A DNA stretch of 64,000 nucleotides, taken from NCBI GenBank assembly GCA_964016885.1, contig OZ024760.1:29264001-29328000 (forward strand), given 5' to 3'. Below are positions 26,917 to 39,491 of this stretch, piece by piece. The translations under genes and the position numbers were made by a program. How positions within the stretch are numbered: position 1 is the stretch's first letter; every line of letters starts with the position of its first letter. The notes under the pieces are model-generated. The model was not told where the DNA came from and did no database searches. It was given only the letters and a program-made list of their open reading frames with translations. The stretch comes from Eledone cirrhosa. Its lineage: Eukaryota.

Positions 26917-27622
26917 ATCATCATCATCATCATCATCATCGTTTAACGTCCATGTTCCACGCTTGCATGGGTTTGGACGGGAGTTTTCCCACTTGAGGCA
27001 AGAGTGGTTGTCTTGCTCGCATAGGACTGTCTGGCAGGTTTTCTACAGTTGGATGCCCTTCCTAACACCAACCACATTTACAGTGTGGGGCTGGGAGGTT
27101 TTTACCGTGTTGCCTACACGGCCACATTACAGCGTGGACTGTGTGTTTTTTTGTCGTGACACCTACACGATCTCATTTGTTTCGGCCTGGATGGTATGGC
27201 ACCAACATAACTTTACATAGAGGGGGCGGTGTGGATGGGGTGGGGGTGGTGGGACGGGGGTGTATTTTGTTAGAGATGCCTACTGACTGTAGTAGGTTTT
27301 ACTTTGTATTTAGGTAAGGCGGGTCTTCTCTATTACTGAGTACCGCCAAAGGTCTCGGTCCAGTGACATTGTCTTGGTGAGGTGTAACTGTGTGAAGTCG
27401 GAGTTTATCAGCTCGTCCCAGGTTTTTCTGGGTCTGCCTATTCCGTGGCTACCGTCTATCTTTATTGCCCTGCACTTTGTTATACAGTTATCGTCCTTCA
27501 TGCGCATCACGTGACCATACCAACGTAGCCTTCTCTCTAGTAAACAACATCTGATCCCTCTTATTTCTAATTTTTTCCTTAGTTCGTTTATGCTTTGTCG
27601 TTCACGTATATTACTATTACAC
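26917..27622 (-). mobile_element. 3' fragment of the same RTE LINE family
   Basis: MRMKDDNCITKCRAIKIDGSHGIGRPRKTW plus the shared 3' UTR and CAT-repeat tail. Confidence 0.88.
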
Positions 27623-27732
27623 TTGGTTTATATATATATATATATATCATCATCATCATCATCATCATCGTTTAACGCCTATCTTCCATGCTAGCATGGG
27701 TTAGACGGGTATATATACACACATACATCATC

Positions 27733-27962
27733 ATCCTCAGTGTATACTGATTAATGTTCAGAGCCATCCTCAGCATTCTCGTGTAGCACCCATCCACCAT
27801 CTGAGTGAGTTTCTTGGTCAGTGTCCAAGTCTCAGACCCGCACAGCAGCACAGACTCCACTACAGCAGGAGACGCAGGACATGGCAGCGATAATGAGGGA
27901 CAGAGACCGCTGGAGAGAACTCGTCCATGGATCTCGGGAATTTTACCCGCCCTAGATAGATG
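27733..27962. mobile_element. Rearranged fragment of the second RTE-like family (minus-strand piece joined to a plus-strand 3' end)
   Basis: Minus strand reads VVESVLLCGSETWTLTK...CYTRMLRMAL; the plus strand then reads QDMAAIMRDRDRWRELVHGSREFYPP*. Confidence 0.7.
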
Positions 27963-28306
27963 GAGATACATCATCATCATCATCACCACCACCGTTTTAC
28001 ATCGATTCTTCCACGCTAGCATGGGTTAGACGGGTTGTCCTGTTGTGGGCAGTGTCCGGTCGGCTGACCTTGTCTTGCTCATACAGCAACTGATTCTGGC
28101 TTGATTTCTACAGCTGGATGCCCTTCCTAACACCAACCTCATTTACAGTGAGTGCTGGGTGCTTTTTTGCCGTGACATCTCCACGACCACTTTGCAGTGG
28201 GAGGCGGGGGGGGGCTTATTGCCTATATATATATATGTAAACATGACAACCCCTCTAACACATATATATATATGTATATATATATATATGTATGTATATA
28301 TATATG

Positions 28307-28339
<33 letters not shown>

Positions 28340-28636
28340 GTATATATACACAGACATTGAAAATAAGACCAAATACTGTTAATTATATCATATTTTAATT
28401 AACACGTTTCTTCCATCTTACAGGATATATACTTAATTATAAGTTAATTAATTATATAAGCCAGCAATTGTATTAATCAGAATTAATAAAACATATAGAT
28501 AACATTATTACATCTACCAGAACATTCTGTATAAAATTACATCATAATGGTAGAGTTGTTTAATATTTTGAGCTGTAAAACTTTCTTCACCGACCGACCT
28601 TTACCTGTTTTTGTATTCGAAAATAACTTATACTAT

Positions 28637-28668
<32 letters not shown>

Positions 28669-28775
28669 GAAAAGAGTCAGGACACTGATATAGATAGATA
28701 GATAGGAAAAGAGTCAGGACACTGATATAGATAGATAGATAGATAGATAGATAGGAAAAGAGTCAGGACACTGAT

Positions 28776-28807
<32 letters not shown>

Positions 28808-29246
28808 GAAAAGAGTCAGAACCCTGATATAGATAGATAGATAGATAGATAGATAGGAAAAGAGTCAGGACCCTGGCAGCTGAGCTCCGCCCATTTCAAC
28901 AGTTAGATCCGAACAGTTCGGATCTAGCTGTCGAAACGGCCGGAGCTCAGACGTCGGGATCCTGACTCTTTTCCTATTACCCACTCTACTACCCTAAGTA
29001 TTGAGTACTCTGGTGCGTTATGGTCCACCTGCTATCTTACTACACCTTCTTTGTTATATATATAGATAGATTTTGTTTCCGTTGTATGGGTTAATTAATA
29101 GGTAGCTGGGTTTGTGATTCAATCGTTCCTACAGCAGATTGTGATGCAATAAGTAAAAGCACTCAACATCATGTGTATCTTCCATCATAAATGTGGTATC
29201 TTGTGGTTGGTACAGGAACAGAGTTATATACTTACACTGCAAGCTA

Positions 29247-30039
29247 AATTGTGCAAACAATGCAACTGATGGCACCGTTATAATGCAGGTTCAATTGTGC
29301 AAACAATGGAACTGATGGCGCCGTTATAATGCAGGTTCAATTGTGCAAACAATGCAACTGATGGCACCGTTATAATGCAGGTTCAATTGTACAAACAATG
29401 CAACTGATGGCGCCATTATAATGCAGGTTCAATTGTGCAAACAATGCAACTGATGGCGCCGTTATAATGCAGGTTCAATTGTGCAAACAATGCAACTGAT
29501 GGCGCCATTATAATGCAGGTTCAATTGTGCAAACAATGGAACTGATGACGCCATTATAATGCAGGTTCAATTGTGCAAACAATGCAACTGATGGCACCGT
29601 TATAATGCAGGTTCAATTGTGCAAACAATGCAACTGATGACGCCATTATAATGCAGGTTCAATTGTGCAAACAATGGAACTGATGACGCCATTATAATGC
29701 AGGTTCAATTGTGCAAACAATGGAACTGATGGTGCCATTATAATGCAGGTTCAATTGTGCAAACAATGCAACTGATGGTGCCATTATAATGCAGGTTCAA
29801 TTGTGCAAACAATGCAACTGGTGGTGCCATTATAATGCAGGTTCAATTGTGCAAACAATGGAACTGGTGGTGCCATTATAATGCAGGTTCAATTGTGCAA
29901 ACAATGCAACTGATGGTGCCATTATAATGCAGGGTCAATTGTGCAAACAATGCAACTGGTGGTGCCATTATAATGCAGATTCAATTGTGCAAACAATGGA
30001 ACTGCTGGCGCCATTATAATGCAGGGTCAATTGTGCAAA
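29247..30039. repeat. Minisatellite with a 46-bp unit
   Basis: AATTGTGCAAACAATGCAACTGATGGCGCCATTATAATGCAGGTTC repeated about 17 times. Confidence 0.95.
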
Positions 30040-30790
30040 TAACAAAGACAAAAGAAATAATTTTAAAAACCACACAAAAGACACTAAACTCTATAATGGC
30101 GACCAGCTTTGGTAATATTTATTTTCTAATAAATAATTTGTATTAACATTTAGGTTTTTTTTAACTTCATTTTCAGCTAATTTAGTTGTTAGTAATTCAA
30201 TATTTGATGATAGTTTTATAAAATACACTTTTATACACAACAGACTTCATTACTTTCAGTCGAGTTTATTGGCTATTTATTTTACTTAGCAGCATCTTCG
30301 TCATCATCATCACCATCCCCACCACCATTATCACCACCACCATCCCCACCACCATTATCACCACCACCATCTTCATCATCATCATCATTACCATCTTCAT
30401 CATTATCACCACCATCACCACCGTCACCACCATCACCACCACCATTATCACCACCATCACCATCACCATCATCACCTCCATCATCATCATCACTTCCACC
30501 ATCATCATCACCATCACCACCACCACCACCATCAACACCATCACCATCACCACCTCCACCTCCACCACCACCATCATCACCCTCATCGTCTTTATCATCA
30601 TCATTTTATTTTATTTTATTTCGTTTTATTTTTAGTACTAAAATGTTCAAGATATAGGAAGTTGTCTTGGGATGAGATGGTGTTGAGTCTGATAAATGAT
30701 GGGGTTAACGAAGTTGGTATGGAAGGATATTTTACGATATATAGTATGTGTGAGTTGTGTGTCTGTGAAACATATATACCAGAAACATAT

Positions 30791-31507
30791 ACACAGAGGA
30801 ACCAAAATCCCACTGCCTCTGTCTTCCCTGCTCTCCCCATCTCTCGTATACACCAGGTCTGAACACAGAGGAACCAAACTCCCACTGCCTCTGTCTTCCC
30901 TGCTCTCCCCATCTCTCGTATACACCAGGTCTGAACACAGAGGAACCAAACTCCCACTGCCTCTGTCTTCCCTGCTCTCCCCATCTCTCGTATACACCAG
31001 GTCTGAACACAGAGGAACCAAACTCCCACTGCCTCTGTCTTCCCTGCTCTCCCCATCTCTCGTATACACCAGGTCTGAACACAGAGGAACCAAACTCCCA
31101 CTGCCTCTGTCTTCCCTGCTCTCCCCATCTCTCGTATACACCAGGTCTGAACACAGAGGAGCCAAACTCCCACTGCCTCTGTCTTCCCTGCTCTCCCCAT
31201 CTCTTGTATACACCAGGTCTGAACACAGAGGAACCAAACTCCAACTGCCCCTGTCTTCCCTGCTCTCCCCATCTCTCGTATACACCAGGTCTGAACACAG
31301 AGGAACCAAACTCCCACTGCCTCTGTCTTCCCTGCTCTCCCCATCTCTCGTATACACCAGGTCTGAACACAGAGGAGCCAAACTCCCACTGCCTCTGTCT
31401 TCCCTGCTCTCCCCATCTCTCGTATACACCAGGTCTGAACACAGAGGAACCAAACTCCAACTGCCCCTGTCTTCCCTGCTCTCCCCATCTCTCATATACA
31501 CCAGGTA
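30791..31507. repeat. Minisatellite with a 72-bp unit
   Basis: About 10 near-identical units beginning ACACAGAGGAACCAAACTCCCACTGCC. Confidence 0.95.
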
Positions 31508-31720
31508 CATACTCCCACTGCTTATCTCTCACTCTTCCCACTCTGACGTTACATATCTCTTCAGCTGTCACTCTGATACAAGTGTCGAGGCCAGCAAGAA
31601 GAGATGTGTGGCTGTAACGAGGAGCGCTACGAAGTGTGTAGAGGAGCTTTGGCATGGCGAAGCAGTTCTTCCACAGGAAGAGGGCTGGATGAGAGTCAAT
31701 CATGCCCCAGTCTGCTCATG
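31505..31720 (-). mobile_element. CRE/SLACS-like non-LTR retrotransposon fragment (region after the RT core)
   Basis: IDSHPALFLWKNCFAMPKLLYTLRSAP...LDTCIRVTAEEICNV fits the recalled CRE-type pattern H.A..LL..C...PKL.Y.LR..P. Confidence 0.5.
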
Positions 31721-31904
31721 AGGGTCTTGTTTGGAGCCTGGACCTGATGGTAGAGTGGATGGTTAGTGAGAGTATCAGAAACCTGAGGATGAGGAGATTC
31801 TCTTTATTGTCTGCAGTTCCACCACCATGAAATTAGTTTTTATGTCAGCTGATACAATTACCATTTTTTAAAAGTTTTTTTATTTATTTTGTGAGTATTT
31901 GTGT

Positions 31905-33360
31905 GCGTGTGTGTGTGTCTTATTTTGAGTCTGTGGTGTGTGTGTGTGTCTTGTTTTGTGTGTGTGTCTTGTTTTGAGTCTGTGGTATGTGTGTGTGTCT
32001 GTGTCTTGTTTTGAGTGTATGATGTTTTCTGTGGTGTGTGTGTGTGTGTGTGTCTTGTTTTGAGTGTATGATGTTTTCTGTGGTGTGTGTGTGTCTTCTT
32101 TTGTGTGTGTGTCTTGTTTTGAGTGGGTGATGTTTTCTGTGGTGTGTGTGTGTCTTGTTTTGTGTGTGTGTCTTGTTTTGAGTGGGTGATGTTTTCTGTG
32201 GTGTGTGTGTGTGTGTGTGTCTTGTTTTGAGTGTGTGATGTTTTCTGTGGTGTGTGTGTGTGTCTTGTTTTGTGTGTGTCATGTTTTCTGTGGTGTGTGT
32301 GTGTGTGATGCTTTCTGTGGTGTGTGTGTGTCTTGTTTTGTGTGTGTGTCTTGTTTTGAGTGGGTGATGTTTTCTGTGGTGTGTGTCTTGTTTTGAGTGG
32401 GTGATGTTTTCTGTGGTGTGTGTGTGTGTCTTGTTTTGAGTGTGTGATGTTTTCTGTGGTGTGTGTGTGTGTGTCTTGTTTTGTGTGTGTGATGTTTTCT
32501 GTGGTTTGTGTGTGTGTGTGTCTTGTTTTGTGTGTGTGATGTTTTCTGTGGTGTGTGTGTCTTGTTTTGTGTGTGTGATGTTTTCTGTGGTTTGTGTGTG
32601 TCTTGTTTTGTGTGTGTGATGTTTTCTGTGGTTTGTGTGTCTTGTTTTGTGTGTGTGATGTTTTCTGTGGTGTGTGTGTGTGTCTTTTGTGTGTGTGTGT
32701 GTCTTGTTTTGTGTGTGTGATGTTTTCTGTGGCATGTGTGTGTGTGTCTTGTTTTGTGTGTGTGATGTTTTCTGTGGTGTGTGTGTGTCTTGTTTTGTGT
32801 GTGTGATGTTTTCTGTGGTGTGTGTGTGTGTGTGTGTGTCTTGTTTTGTGTGTGTGATGTTTTCTGTGGTTTGTGTGTGTGTCTTGTTTTGAGTGTGTGA
32901 TGTTTTCTATGGTGTGTGTGTGATGTTTTCTGTGGTGTGTGTGTGTGTCTTTTGTGTGTGTGTCTTGTTTTGTGTGCGTGATGTTTTCTGTGGTGTGTGT
33001 GTGTCTTGTTTTGTGTGTGTGATGTTTTCTGTGGTTTGTGTGTGTGTCTTGTTTTGTGTGTGTGATGTTTTCTGTGGTGTGTGTGTGTGTCTTGTTTTGT
33101 GTGTGTGATGTTTTCTGTGGTGTGTGTGTGTGTCTTGTTTTGTGTGTGTGATGTTTTCTGTGGTTTGTGTGTGTGTCTTGTTTTGTGTGTGTGATGTTTT
33201 CTGTGGTGTGTGTGTGTGTGTGTCTTGTTTTGAGTGTGTGATGTTTTCTGTGGGTTGTGTGTGTGTGTATGTGCTATTTCTGTGGTGTGTGTGTGTGTGT
33301 GTGTGATGTTTTCTGTGGTGTGTGTGTATGTGTGTGATGTTTTCTGTGGTGTGTGTGTGT
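31905..33360. repeat. Compound (GT)n satellite with CTTGTTTT / GATGTTTTCTGTG interruptions
   Basis: Direct inspection. Confidence 0.9.
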
Positions 33361-33953
33361 ATGTTTATTAAATCTCTAGTCTTCCTTTCCAACTAATTCA
33401 CTACAATGCTGTCCCTGCAGCTAAACATTGTTACATTATAACCAACATTTATCTAGAACACAGCCAAAAGACAAGCTTTTTTTTAGTAAACCGAGGCCTC
33501 AAATTAATATCAATTCCCATATGAAGACTATTCTCTTTGATTATGTCCCTTAATTGCTTGTCACTATGTAACGCTAACGCTTTCATCACCATATGTTTCA
33601 TGAGAAACACTTCCTATGTTTTTCAAATGATTTTGAACTCAGGGCAGAAAGCTGGCATAAATACCACAAGGCATTTAATCTTTTGGTACCCACCCCCTAA
33701 AAAACACCCTCCCCAAACCACCTCTGGTTCTGTGTAAAGCCTCACATTTTAACTTTTTTGTTACCATGAAAGACACTGCATATATTTTCAAATAATTTTG
33801 AAAATAATCTAGAATATGGAAGTGAAGACACGTGGCTGAGTGGTTAGAGAATTGGATTCACAATCTTGAAGTTGTGAGTTCGATTCCTGGACTGCGCGAT
33901 GCGTTATGTCCTTGAGCAAGACACTTTATTTCACGTTGCTCCTTCTACCTGGA

Positions 33954-33988
<35 letters not shown>

Positions 33989-33991
<3 letters not shown>

Positions 33992-34865
33992 GGTGCGGAC
34001 GATATTTGTTCGCAATTTTCAACTGCTTATTTTACTTCCGTTGTCACTCTTGTCTTCTTAAAAACAGTGACTATATTTCCATTATTTATTTACAGAATAA
34101 TTGATTATGAATAATTTTGAACCTCCAAATTTGTGGAAGAGACACGGAGTTCTTCTTGGAATCTGCGCCGGGAGGACAAATAAGGCCAGAAGTTCAACTC
34201 CCAGATCAACAGGTGGCTCGCTGTCTCATCCAAAGACATGCCCAGAGTCATGTAGACAAAGTTTCCAGTGACAACATTGGTCTTAGGTGTCGTCAGCAGT
34301 CAAGGTGATGTCATGCCACCTCAGTTCTTCCCTGAGGGCCTCAAGCTGAACACCGATGGCTATATCCGCATTCTGAGTGAGGTAGTAAAGCCCTGGATCG
34401 ACCAGGTAGCTGCAGGTAGGCCGTACATGTGGCAGCAAGACTCAGCGCCCTGCCATACCAGCCGAAATACCCAAGCCTGGCTGTCAAAGAACTTCGTCGA
34501 CCACACTTCACCTGACATCTAGCCTCCCAGCTCGCCTGACTGCAACCCCCTCGACTTCTTTGTGTGGGGCGCAGTGGAACGAGACACCAACAGATCTAGC
34601 TGCAATATGAAAGACGATCTGAAGGCCAGGATCACAAGTGCCTTTAGGGGCCTAAGTCAGGGGACAGTGATGAAGGCCTGTAGCCGGTTCCGAGGCTGCC
34701 TTGAGGCCGCCATCAAAGCCAATGGCGGGTTTATAGAGTGAGATCGAAAGAACAAATCATGAAGACAAACTGACCCAAGTTTGATAAATAAATCTTAAAA
34801 AATAAAACTACTGTGTTATTTTTCCCTAGACATTAATCTTGTGAACAAATATCGTCTGCACCCTG
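33989..34865 (+). mobile_element. Internally deleted Tc1/mariner transposon of the DD37D (maT) type, pseudogenised
   Basis: TIRs CAGGGTGCGGACGATATTTGTTCGCAA / TTGTGAACAAATATCGTCTGCACCCTG followed by TA. WQQDSAPCH...*PPSSPDCNPLD has 37 residues between the last two catalytic Asp and an in-frame stop. Confidence 0.88.
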
Positions 34866-35500
34866 TATATAGAAGTAGTTCTCGGTATGGTGAACTAACT
34901 GTTGTGTTACTACTTCTACCAAACTCGTAATGGTAATCAAGGTACCATTATACAAAAAATAGGCTTTTGTACACTGACTTCCTGACCAAATAGATCTTCA
35001 ATGTAAATGTGCTAGAATTCCCGAAGTAGAGGGAACACAAGATATTATCGGTACAATAAATTAGATGACAACTTGTATATATAAACATATAGAACATAGA
35101 ATCAGTTTAAACAATGAAATATTACTTTACATTAGCAATACGTTGGTCATACAATTTCTTTTGTTTCCTGTGGAGATACATTAAACCTTACTTTTGAATA
35201 TTTTAAATTTTTAGTTTTTAGTTTTTAACTCCTATTAATTCTTTTTAATTTTTTATTTCAATACTCAACATTTTATAAGATGAATTTTAATAATACATTG
35301 AAGCCGGTAATACTTTATATACTTTATATACATTATAAAACTTTTTTTTTAAAGAATTATCCCTCTTAACTTTTCAATAATATCATCTTTTCAATAATGT
35401 CATCTTTTCAATAATGTCACTTTGACGAATCAAAGAAAGGTAGAAAAAATATATATTTTCCGTGCTATTTCCAACTTCACCTTTTCTCTATATCCACTGT

Positions 35501-35550
<50 letters not shown>

Positions 35551-35597
35551 ATATGTCTTCATTTATTGTGATCAATTCTTGCTCTTGTTTAACACAG

Positions 35598-35667
35598 GAC
35601 TCAAAACTGGATGATGGAGTGTTTGATGAAGAAGAAGAGCAGGAAGATGAATATGGTTATACGCTAA
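35598..35667 (+). CDS. MPDZ: Internal coding exon, probably of a MPDZ/PATJ-like multi-PDZ scaffold gene
   Basis: Pyrimidine tract plus ACAG acceptor (35594-35597) and GTAAGT donor (35668-35673). The 70 nt read DSKLDDGVFDEEEEQEDEYGYTL plus 1 nt. EDEYGYT resembles the EDEFGYSW linker preceding a PDZ domain in MPDZ (recalled, not searched). Confidence 0.55.
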
Positions 35668-35972
35668 GTAAGTAACCCCTTATACTATCACTTGACCATT
35701 TCTATACAAGAGAACCCTAATATAGCAAACATTTGAATATTCATGGTAGCCTCTCCCCTACACTCTCGCTGTCATATTTTCATTTCTCTTCTTTTTTCAG
35801 CTTTTTCAAAATCAATCTTTTCTTCTTTCTCTGTTTCCAATGAAGGACTTCTGTTCAACATTAAAGTTTTTTCATTGCTTCTTTTTAGCATTAAAACAAT
35901 CCACTTTTGTTTTCCTCTATTGTTATTTTGACGTATTATTTTCACTTGTACAGTTCTAGTCCTGTAGAAGCT

Positions 35973-36034
<62 letters not shown>

Positions 36035-36067
36035 TTTTGAGTTTATGTTGGTTGTATACTAATTCAA

Positions 36068-36122
36068 ACTGCCTGAAGAGGTCACAGCCAAAGATGGCTG
36101 TCACTGAAATATATATAGCAGT
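36068..36122 (+). ncRNA. Type I hammerhead ribozyme
   Basis: ACTGC-CTGAAGA-GGT-C-ACAGCCA-AAGA-TGGCTGT-C-ACT-GAAA-TATATA-TA-GCAGT; AUA site. Confidence 0.82.
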
Positions 36123-36521
36123 AATAAACGAAGCTAAATTTTAATCATTTGACTTTTATTTAACTTTATTTTATTTTATATATATATATATATGATAATA
36201 ATGATAGCTGCGCGTTGCAAATGGTGGTGCATATGAAAAAGTAAGTCCTTCATCAGTGACCCTCCAACCGTTCCAGGCATTTCATCGCTTTAAGGGCCAA
36301 TATATATATATATATTATAATAACAAATTAAATTTTAAGCAAAAAATCGCTTAACAGGATCTTCTGAAACCCATTAAGGGTGAAAGCAGTGATTCTTTGC
36401 TTAAACTTTAATCTGTTCTTATAATAAATATTTGCTCTACGGGTTTATATATATTTTATATATGTATAATCCTTCTCGAGCCCTCTTTGGATTTTAGTCT
36501 TCATATTTATTATTACTTTAT

Positions 36522-36715
36522 GGCGGTGGATTGACAGTATCGGTAGAGGGTCGGACGCCATGATTTAACGCATTGAGTTACGGCCCTTGCCATTCTGAGT
36601 TCAAATCCCGCTGAGGTTAACTTTGCCTTTCATCCTTACGGGGTCGATAAAATAAAGTACCAGTAATGCACTGGGGTAATAGCTGGCCTTGTGCCAAAAG
36701 TAGAAACAATTATTA
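36522..36715 (+). mobile_element. tRNA-derived SINE with a Deu/Nin-like domain (other copies near 14215-14430, 15195-15570, 18860-19040, 36808-36995, 41380-41555, 42953-43142)
   Basis: GGCAGTATCGGTAG-type A box, GAGTTCAAATCC B box, GCCTTTCATCCTTACGGGGTCGATAAAATAAAGTACCAG central domain. Confidence 0.7.
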
Positions 36716-36999
36716 CTATATATGTATGTCCCATCTAACCCATGCTAGCATGGAAGAATGGACATAAAACAGTGATGATGATATATATATATTATGATAT
36801 TGGGTATGTGGATTGGCAGTATCGGTAGAAGGTCGGACGCCATGCTTTGACGCATAGAGTTACGGCCCTTATCATTCTGAGTTCAAATCCCGCCGAGGTT
36901 AACTTTGCCTTTCATCCTTACGGGGTCGATAAAATAAAGTACCAGTAATACACTGGATAATTGCTGGCCTTGTGCCTAAAATAGAAACAATTATAATAT

Positions 37000-37605
37000 T
37001 GGGTATGAATCAAAGTTGTAGCAGCAATATAGCAGGTACTGAGTTGTTTGAAGCACGCGATGGAGCAAGAATGGCCCGAGTGAATGGGCCTACTCTGAGT
37101 ATATATCTGTAAATTAAAGGTGGAAAACTGGGAGAGGGCACTTGCCTTGGTGGTCAGGGTCACTGTGGCCTTTTACTGGGCTTTCTCCACAAATGTCCCT
37201 CCGAAGTCTCCCCCCTATTGGGGAATTTTTCCTTGTTATTTTCATTGTTATTTTTGTTACATCCTCTGTTTTTGTTTTTTACACGCAGAAATGCCCATTT
37301 GTACCATCCTGCATTGTCCTGCACTGTCCTTAATGTCTACTTTATGTAAACCCTTGTGGTTAATAAAGAAATCATTATTACTATCACTATTACTACTATT
37401 ATTACTATTATTATTACTATTATTATTACTATTATTATTTCTACTATTATTACTATTATTATTTCATTGTTCCTTTTATTACATCCTGTTTTTGGGGGGG
37501 TTTTTACACGCAGAAATGCCCATTTGTACCTTCCTGTATTATCCTGCACTGTCCTTAATGTCTACTTTGTGTAAACCCTTGTGGTTAATAAAGAAATCAT
37601 TATTG
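37000..37605 (+). mobile_element. 3' end of the same L1/Tx1-like family with its terminal segment duplicated around an (ATT/ACT)n tract
   Basis: 37245-37380 is repeated at 37460-37605; both copies end in GTGGTTAATAAAGAAATCATTATT. Confidence 0.5.
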
Positions 37606-38089
37606 TCCTGAGTAAAACACAACAGTCAATAAAGTGTAACACCAAGAAAACCGACCGAAGGCAGTGGCCATATTTATACCACAACTATAGATACCAACCA
37701 TCATTGCAAAGTAAAAGAAGAAAAATTTTGTACACATACATTCAAATATACATACATACACATGATGGGGTTTCTACATAGTTCCTGTCTACCAAATTCC
37801 ACTGGTGATTGTTGCTCTAGTAGAATTGAAAGTATTTCAGTTGTGTTTCTATAGATTTAGTTAAAATCGGGGGGGGGGGGGGGGGTTGAGGAAAGCAACC
37901 AACACCCAGGAAGGTGAGAAATTGTTGGGGGGGGGGGGATGAAGTATTGACAGGTAGGGAATGTGAAGGGGTATCACAAGAAAGGGTTATGAGATGGTAC
38001 TGAAAGGAAAGGGTTTTAGGAGATGGTACTGAAAGGGAGGAGGTAACAAGAATGTTCTGGCAGGTAGGGATTTAAACATGGACCTAGAA

Positions 38090-39240
38090 GGAACGGGGCA
38101 GTGAGATGGTATGGACAGGAAGGGGGCAGTGAGATGATATGGAGAGGAAGGGGGCAGTGAGATGGTATGGACAGGAAGGGGGCAGTAAGATGGTATGGAC
38201 AGGAAGGGGGCAGTGAGATGGTATGGACAGGAAGGGGGCAGTGAAATGATATGGACAGGAAGGGGGCATTGAGATGGTATTGGCAGGAAGGGGGCAGTGA
38301 GATGGTATGGGCAGGAAGAGGGCAGTGAGATGGTATGGACAGGAAGGGGGCAGTGAAATGATATGGACAGGAAGGGGGCATTGAGATGGTATTGGCAGGA
38401 AGGGGGCAGTGAGATGGTATGGGCAGGAAGGGGGCAGTGAGATGAAATGGACAGGAAGGGGGCAGTGAGATGATATGGACAGAAAGGGGGCAGTGAGATG
38501 GTATGGGCGAGAAGGGGGCAGTGAGATGGTATGGGCAGGAAGGGGGCAGTGAGATGATATGGACAGGAAGGGGGCAGTGAGATGGTATTGGCAGGAAGGG
38601 GGCAGTGAGATGGTATGGGCAGGAAGGGGGCAGTGAGATGATATGGACAGGAAGGGGGCAGTGAGATGATATGGACAGAAAGGGGGCAGTGAGATGGTAT
38701 GGGCGAGAAGGGGGCAGTGAGATGGTATGGGCAGGAAGGGGGCAGTGAGATGATATGGGCGAGAAGGGGGCAGTGAGATGATATGGAGAGGAAGGGGGCA
38801 GTGAGATGGTATGGACAGGAAGGGGGCAGTAAGATGGTATGGACAGGAAGGGGGCAGTGAGATGGTATGGACAGGAAGGGGGCAGTGAAATGATATGGAC
38901 AGGAAGGGGGCATTGAGATGGTATTGGCAGGAAGGGGGCAGTGAGATGGTATGGGCAGGAAGAGGGCAGTGAGATGGTATGGACAGGAAGGGGGCAGTGA
39001 AATGATATGGAGAGGAAGGGGGCAGTGAGATGGTATGGACGGGAAGGGGGCAGTGAGATGGTATGGGCAGGAAGGGGGCAGTGAGATGGTATGGGCAGGA
39101 AGGGGGCAGTGAGATGGTATGGACGGGAAGGGGGCAGTGAGATGATATGGAGAGGAAGGGGGCAGTGAGATGGTATGGACGGGAAGGGGGCAGTGAGATG
39201 GTATGGGAGGGAAGGGGGCAGTGAGATGGTATGGACAGGA
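38090..39240. repeat. Purine-rich minisatellite with a 28-bp unit
   Basis: GAGATGGTATGGACAGGAAGGGGGCAGT repeated about 41 times. Confidence 0.95.
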
Positions 39241-39365
39241 GGAGGGTTAAGTGAGGGTATGAGATGTGTCTGGCAACACAAAGTTTTCATTCCTAACAAT
39301 CTGACCAGACAGCTGTTACCTGAAATTGTATCAGGTAGCTTGTTAAATAGTGAAGGTTGTAAGAG

Positions 39366-39491
<126 letters not shown>

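Noticed and set aside
29247-30039. 46-bp satellite containing CTGATGA/CTGATGG, considered as a hammerhead satellite
   Set aside because: No GAAA follows a pairable helix II, and most units have CTGATGG.
34250-34300. Minus-strand CTGACGA...GAAAC-TTT-GTC
   Set aside because: It lies inside transposase coding sequence and helices I and II barely pair, so it is a chance match.
36200-36265. Minus-strand CTGATGA-AGGA
   Set aside because: No GAAA at a suitable position and no helix I.
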